Of a DNA stretch of 64,000 bases, positions 61,097-64,000 are shown piece after piece (the first letter of the stretch is position 1; every line of letters begins with the position of its first letter). The position numbers were made by a program, and so were the translations under genes. Location of the stretch: contig DJFX01000047.1 of NCBI GenBank assembly GCA_002432635.1, positions 146,555-210,554 of the forward strand, read 5' to 3'. Below the pieces are notes generated by a model. It saw only the letters and a list, made by a program, of their open reading frames with translations. It had not been told where the DNA came from and searched no databases. Origin of the DNA: Halothiobacillaceae bacterium UBA5861. Its GTDB lineage: Bacteria; Pseudomonadota; Gammaproteobacteria; UBA5861.

Positions 61097-62551
61097 GTGT
61101 ATACCCAGTTTTTCGCTCTTGACCGGCCACCTTTCCGCATCACACCGGATACGAAGCTTTTTTATAGCGGCGCCAAGCGTGGGGCCATTTTGGACGCCCT
61201 GGTCTATGCCGTTATGAACGGTGAAGGCATCATCAAAGTGGTCGGTGAAGTCGGTAGTGGAAAAACCATGCTTTGCCGCATGCTCGAAACCCGGTTGCCA
61301 CGCCATGTCAAAATTGTTTACTTATCCAACCCAAGCTTATCGCCTGACAACATCCTACAAGCCATTGCTTATGAGTTGAATATCGCGGTAGCCCCCGACA
61401 GTAACAAGCTGGAAGTGATGCAAAAATTGCAGAACTACCTCTTAAAACAGCACAGTGAAAACAATCAAACCGTTGTTTTTATTGAAGAAGCACAAGGCAT
61501 GCCGCTCGCTACGCTGGAGGAAATCCGTCTGCTGTCAAACTTGGAGACCGAATCGAGTAAGCTCATGCAGCTGGTGCTTTTTGGCCAGCCCGAACTGGAT
61601 CAAAACCTCGCAGACCGGTCTATTCGACAGCTTCGCGAACGGATCACCCACAACTTTGTGCTTGAACCTCTCGAAGTCAACGAAGTCTTTGAATATCTCA
61701 ACTTTCGCATGTGGGTTTCAGGCTTTCGAGGCCCTGAACTCTTTAGCAAGCGCGTGGCAAAAAAAATCACTCAATACTCTAAAGGATTGATTCGGCGAAT
61801 TAATATTTTGGCCGACAAAACCCTTTTAGCCTCTTACGCGGACGGCACCCGCACAATTACCCCAAAACATGTTAATACGGCGGCAGAGGACAGCCAGTTC
61901 AAAAAACCATCTGTATTCATCCGCGAACGCAAAGCCCTACTCATTTTTACTCCGGTACTGCTCAGCGGCGTACTGTTTGGCTTGCTACTTTTCAGGTTAT
62001 TTATTCCCTCTTCTGATACTGAAGCCAGCAATCCATCGCTTTTAGAAAATAATGGCCACAAGAACCTTGAAGAAAAGCATCGTCACGTCACACACGACCT
62101 TGTACTAAAAACAACAGAAGGTAACAACCAGCTCGCTCACGACCCTGCCTCGGAAAAGAACCCACTGACGCCGCTCATGCCAGATACAATAGACGAGTGG
62201 CTCAGTGATTCAAAAATACGCTTATTGTCTGCTTCAATCGGTGACTACAGTATTCAACTGCAAACGCTAGAGAACGTCACAGGTGCTCAGTTCTCGGCCT
62301 TTATGAATAAACTGCCCGCTGTACTAAAAAAAGAAGAACTCTACTTTGTGGACGAAACGAAAGAGGATGGAAACACGGTACTCAGCGTACTTTATCGTGA
62401 CTTTCAAGGTGCCCGTGCAGCATTCGAGGCACTCCAAGCACTGCCCGACGAATTAAGCCGATGGACACCTTTCGTACGCCCGATAAAACGCATTAAACAA
62501 GCTCTCACACACGAAGAACAAGAAGGCATAAAGCATAAAAATGATGGATAA
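61097..62551 (+). CDS. ExeA/GspA/MshM-family AAA ATPase with a C-terminal TM helix and a SPOR-like periplasmic domain
   Basis: P-loop GEVGSGKT, then the ExeA-like N-terminal ~270 aa, then a TM segment (ALLIFTPVLLSGVLFGLLLF). The C-terminal ~80 aa (YSIQLQTLENVTGAQ...VLYRDFQGARAAFEALQALP) resemble a SPOR peptidoglycan-binding repeat. It starts 5 nt after the regulator stop. Confidence 0.75.
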   Translation: MYTQFFALDRPPFRITPDTKLFYSGAKRGAILDALVYAVMNGEGIIKVVGEVGSGKTMLCRMLETRLPRHVKIVYLSNPSLSPDNILQAIAYELNIAVAPDSNKLEVMQKLQNYLLKQHSENNQTVVFIEEAQGMPLATLEEIRLLSNLETESSKLMQLVLFGQPELDQNLADRSIRQLRERITHNFVLEPLEVNEVFEYLNFRMWVSGFRGPELFSKRVAKKITQYSKGLIRRINILADKTLLASYADGTRTITPKHVNTAAEDSQFKKPSVFIRERKALLIFTPVLLSGVLFGLLLFRLFIPSSDTEASNPSLLENNGHKNLEEKHRHVTHDLVLKTTEGNNQLAHDPASEKNPLTPLMPDTIDEWLSDSKIRLLSASIGDYSIQLQTLENVTGAQFSAFMNKLPAVLKKEELYFVDETKEDGNTVLSVLYRDFQGARAAFEALQALPDELSRWTPFVRPIKRIKQALTHEEQEGIKHKNDG

Positions 62552-64000
62552 ACGGATAATCTTGGCATTACTCCTGGCGTTACTCCTGACCGGGTGTGGC
62601 GTAACTCGGCCACCGGAGCCTTCTAAAGGACACATCACGACAAGTGATCAAGAGGTACCTGAGAAAAGTGGCGGAGACACCACCCAAAAGCCCAGCATCC
62701 CACGGCCGGTGACTCAAACTCCGTTTTTACCGCCACCCAGCCCCAAAGAAAAGCTGGAAACTTACACAATTGTGGTGAACAAGGTGCCGGTCGATGAACT
62801 GTTGTTTGCGCTGGCGCGTGACGCAAAGATCAATATTGACATTATTGGCGATATACAGGGCACGGTAACGCTCAATGCCATTGATGAATCACTCTATAAA
62901 ATTCTCGACCGGATTACATTACAGGCCCCGATTCGCTATGAGTTCAAGAAGAACTATCTGACCATCACCGCCGATACGCCCTATCTCAACACCTACGCTA
63001 TTGATTACCTAAACCTCTCACGTAAAAGTGTCAGCTCTGTTGATCTGGCCACTCAAGTCGGCGCCACGACAGCAGCAGGCAGCAGCACAGGCGGGACTGC
63101 AGGAAATAATAATTCCGCCACAAAAGTTGAAAACCTGAGTGAAAATAACTTTTGGAACACGTTGGAAAATAATATTGGCAGCATTTTAGACCTGGACATA
63201 AAACCCGGTACCCAAGATAAAGATGCCGTTGGCCGAGTCATGATCAACCGTGAAGCCGGCACAATTACCGTTCGTGCCACGCAAGCGAGTCACAAAGAGA
63301 TTCAACGCTTTCTTGATCAGGTGATGTCCAGCGCTCGAAGGCAGGTGCTTATTGAAGGCACGATTGTCGAAGTTGTGTTAAGTGACACCTACCAAGCTGG
63401 CGTAGACTGGAAAATTCTCGCCAAAAATGCCGATGGTTTTGACCTGACTCAAAACTTCTCTGGTGGGCTAACCGCCAGCAGCGATAACGTGGTCGCACCT
63501 AACTTTCTACTTACCTACAAAAACCCCCTTTCTGATATAGGCAACGTACTGTCAACCGTTAAAGCCCTAGAAGAATTTGGGGATGTGAAGATTTTATCCA
63601 GCCCCAAGATCATCGCCCTCAATAACCAAACCGCCATTTTAAAAGTGGTCGACAATCGCGTTTATTTTACTTTAGGGGTCGATGTCACGCTTAATGAGGA
63701 CGGGCAAACAACGCGTGAAAAATCCGAGTCTATCGTACATACGGTGCCAATCGGGCTTGTCATGAACGTCACGCCTTACATTGGTGAAAACAAAGAAGTA
63801 CTGATCAACGTTCGCCCCACGATATCCCGCATCCTTGGTTTTGTGAATGACCCCAACCCCGAATTAGCGGCTGTCAACGTGATCAGCCAGGTACCCGAGG
63901 TTCAGGTCCGGGAAATGGAATCGCTCCTGCGAGTCAGCAGTGGTCAGGTTGCCGTTATTGGTGGGCTGATGCAGGACAAAAAAGACTCGCTGAAGTACGA
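62544..64000 (+). CDS. Secretin (MshL/PilQ/GspD family) lipoprotein, partial; continues beyond the window
   Basis: This gene is not in the ORF track because no stop is reached. Lipobox LLTGC and a Ser/Thr/Gly-rich linker are followed by secretin N-domains and the conserved secretin core (VQVREMESLLRVSSGQVAVIGGLMQD). It overlaps the ExeA-like gene by 8 nt. Confidence 0.8.
   Translation, partial: MDKRIILALLLALLLTGCGVTRPPEPSKGHITTSDQEVPEKSGGDTTQKPSIPRPVTQTPFLPPPSPKEKLETYTIVVNKVPVDELLFALARDAKINIDIIGDIQGTVTLNAIDESLYKILDRITLQAPIRYEFKKNYLTITADTPYLNTYAIDYLNLSRKSVSSVDLATQVGATTAAGSSTGGTAGNNNSATKVENLSENNFWNTLENNIGSILDLDIKPGTQDKDAVGRVMINREAGTITVRATQASHKEIQRFLDQVMSSARRQVLIEGTIVEVVLSDTYQAGVDWKILAKNADGFDLTQNFSGGLTASSDNVVAPNFLLTYKNPLSDIGNVLSTVKALEEFGDVKILSSPKIIALNNQTAILKVVDNRVYFTLGVDVTLNEDGQTTREKSESIVHTVPIGLVMNVTPYIGENKEVLINVRPTISRILGFVNDPNPELAAVNVISQVPEVQVREMESLLRVSSGQVAVIGGLMQDKKDSLKY

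Overview
This window reads as an ordinary chromosomal segment of a gammaproteobacterium with about 50% GC, probably marine. I saw no transposases, integrases, CRISPR arrays or rRNA/tRNA genes.

Gene content from left to right:
- trmB-thiG-thiS, then a small secreted protein, then rpoZ-spoT-ridA-recG.
- A rhombosortase-like rhomboid protease.
- A beta-oxidation-like module with a MaoC hydratase, PaaI thioesterase, SCPx-type thiolase plus DUF35 protein, and two adjacent acyl-CoA dehydrogenases.
- rpsT, which uses a TTG start, and a YgiD-like extradiol dioxygenase.
- A Cpx-like two-component pair divergent from a DegP/DegQ protease.
- An OlsF-like bifunctional acyltransferase, an mtaB-like radical SAM enzyme, ubiX and galE.
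- A PNPOx-like protein divergent from a MocR-type regulator, and a DUF1223 protein.
- An operon of enoyl-CoA hydratase, degenerate ACAD-like protein, MoxR ATPase and CoxE-type VWA protein.
- cspA and glmU-glmS.
- An aa3 cytochrome oxidase cluster (coxB-coxA-cox11-coxC, an antisense DUF2909 gene, surf1, an SCO-like protein, ctaB) containing an unannotated 46-aa membrane microprotein.
- An ACAD, a cyclase and uspA; then pyk and fbaB.
- An mscK-like channel, a HAMP-PP2C sensor phosphatase and a fadD-like ligase.
- nudL-hemF, secB-gpsA and trmL.
- At the right edge, a sigma54 response regulator co-operonic with an ExeA-like ATPase and a lipoprotein secretin that runs off the window.

The segments I would look at first are the ECH/ACAD-like/MoxR/VWA operon, the paired ACADs with the SCPx-thiolase/DUF35 pair, the OlsF-like gene, the cox microprotein and the regulator-ExeA-secretin module.
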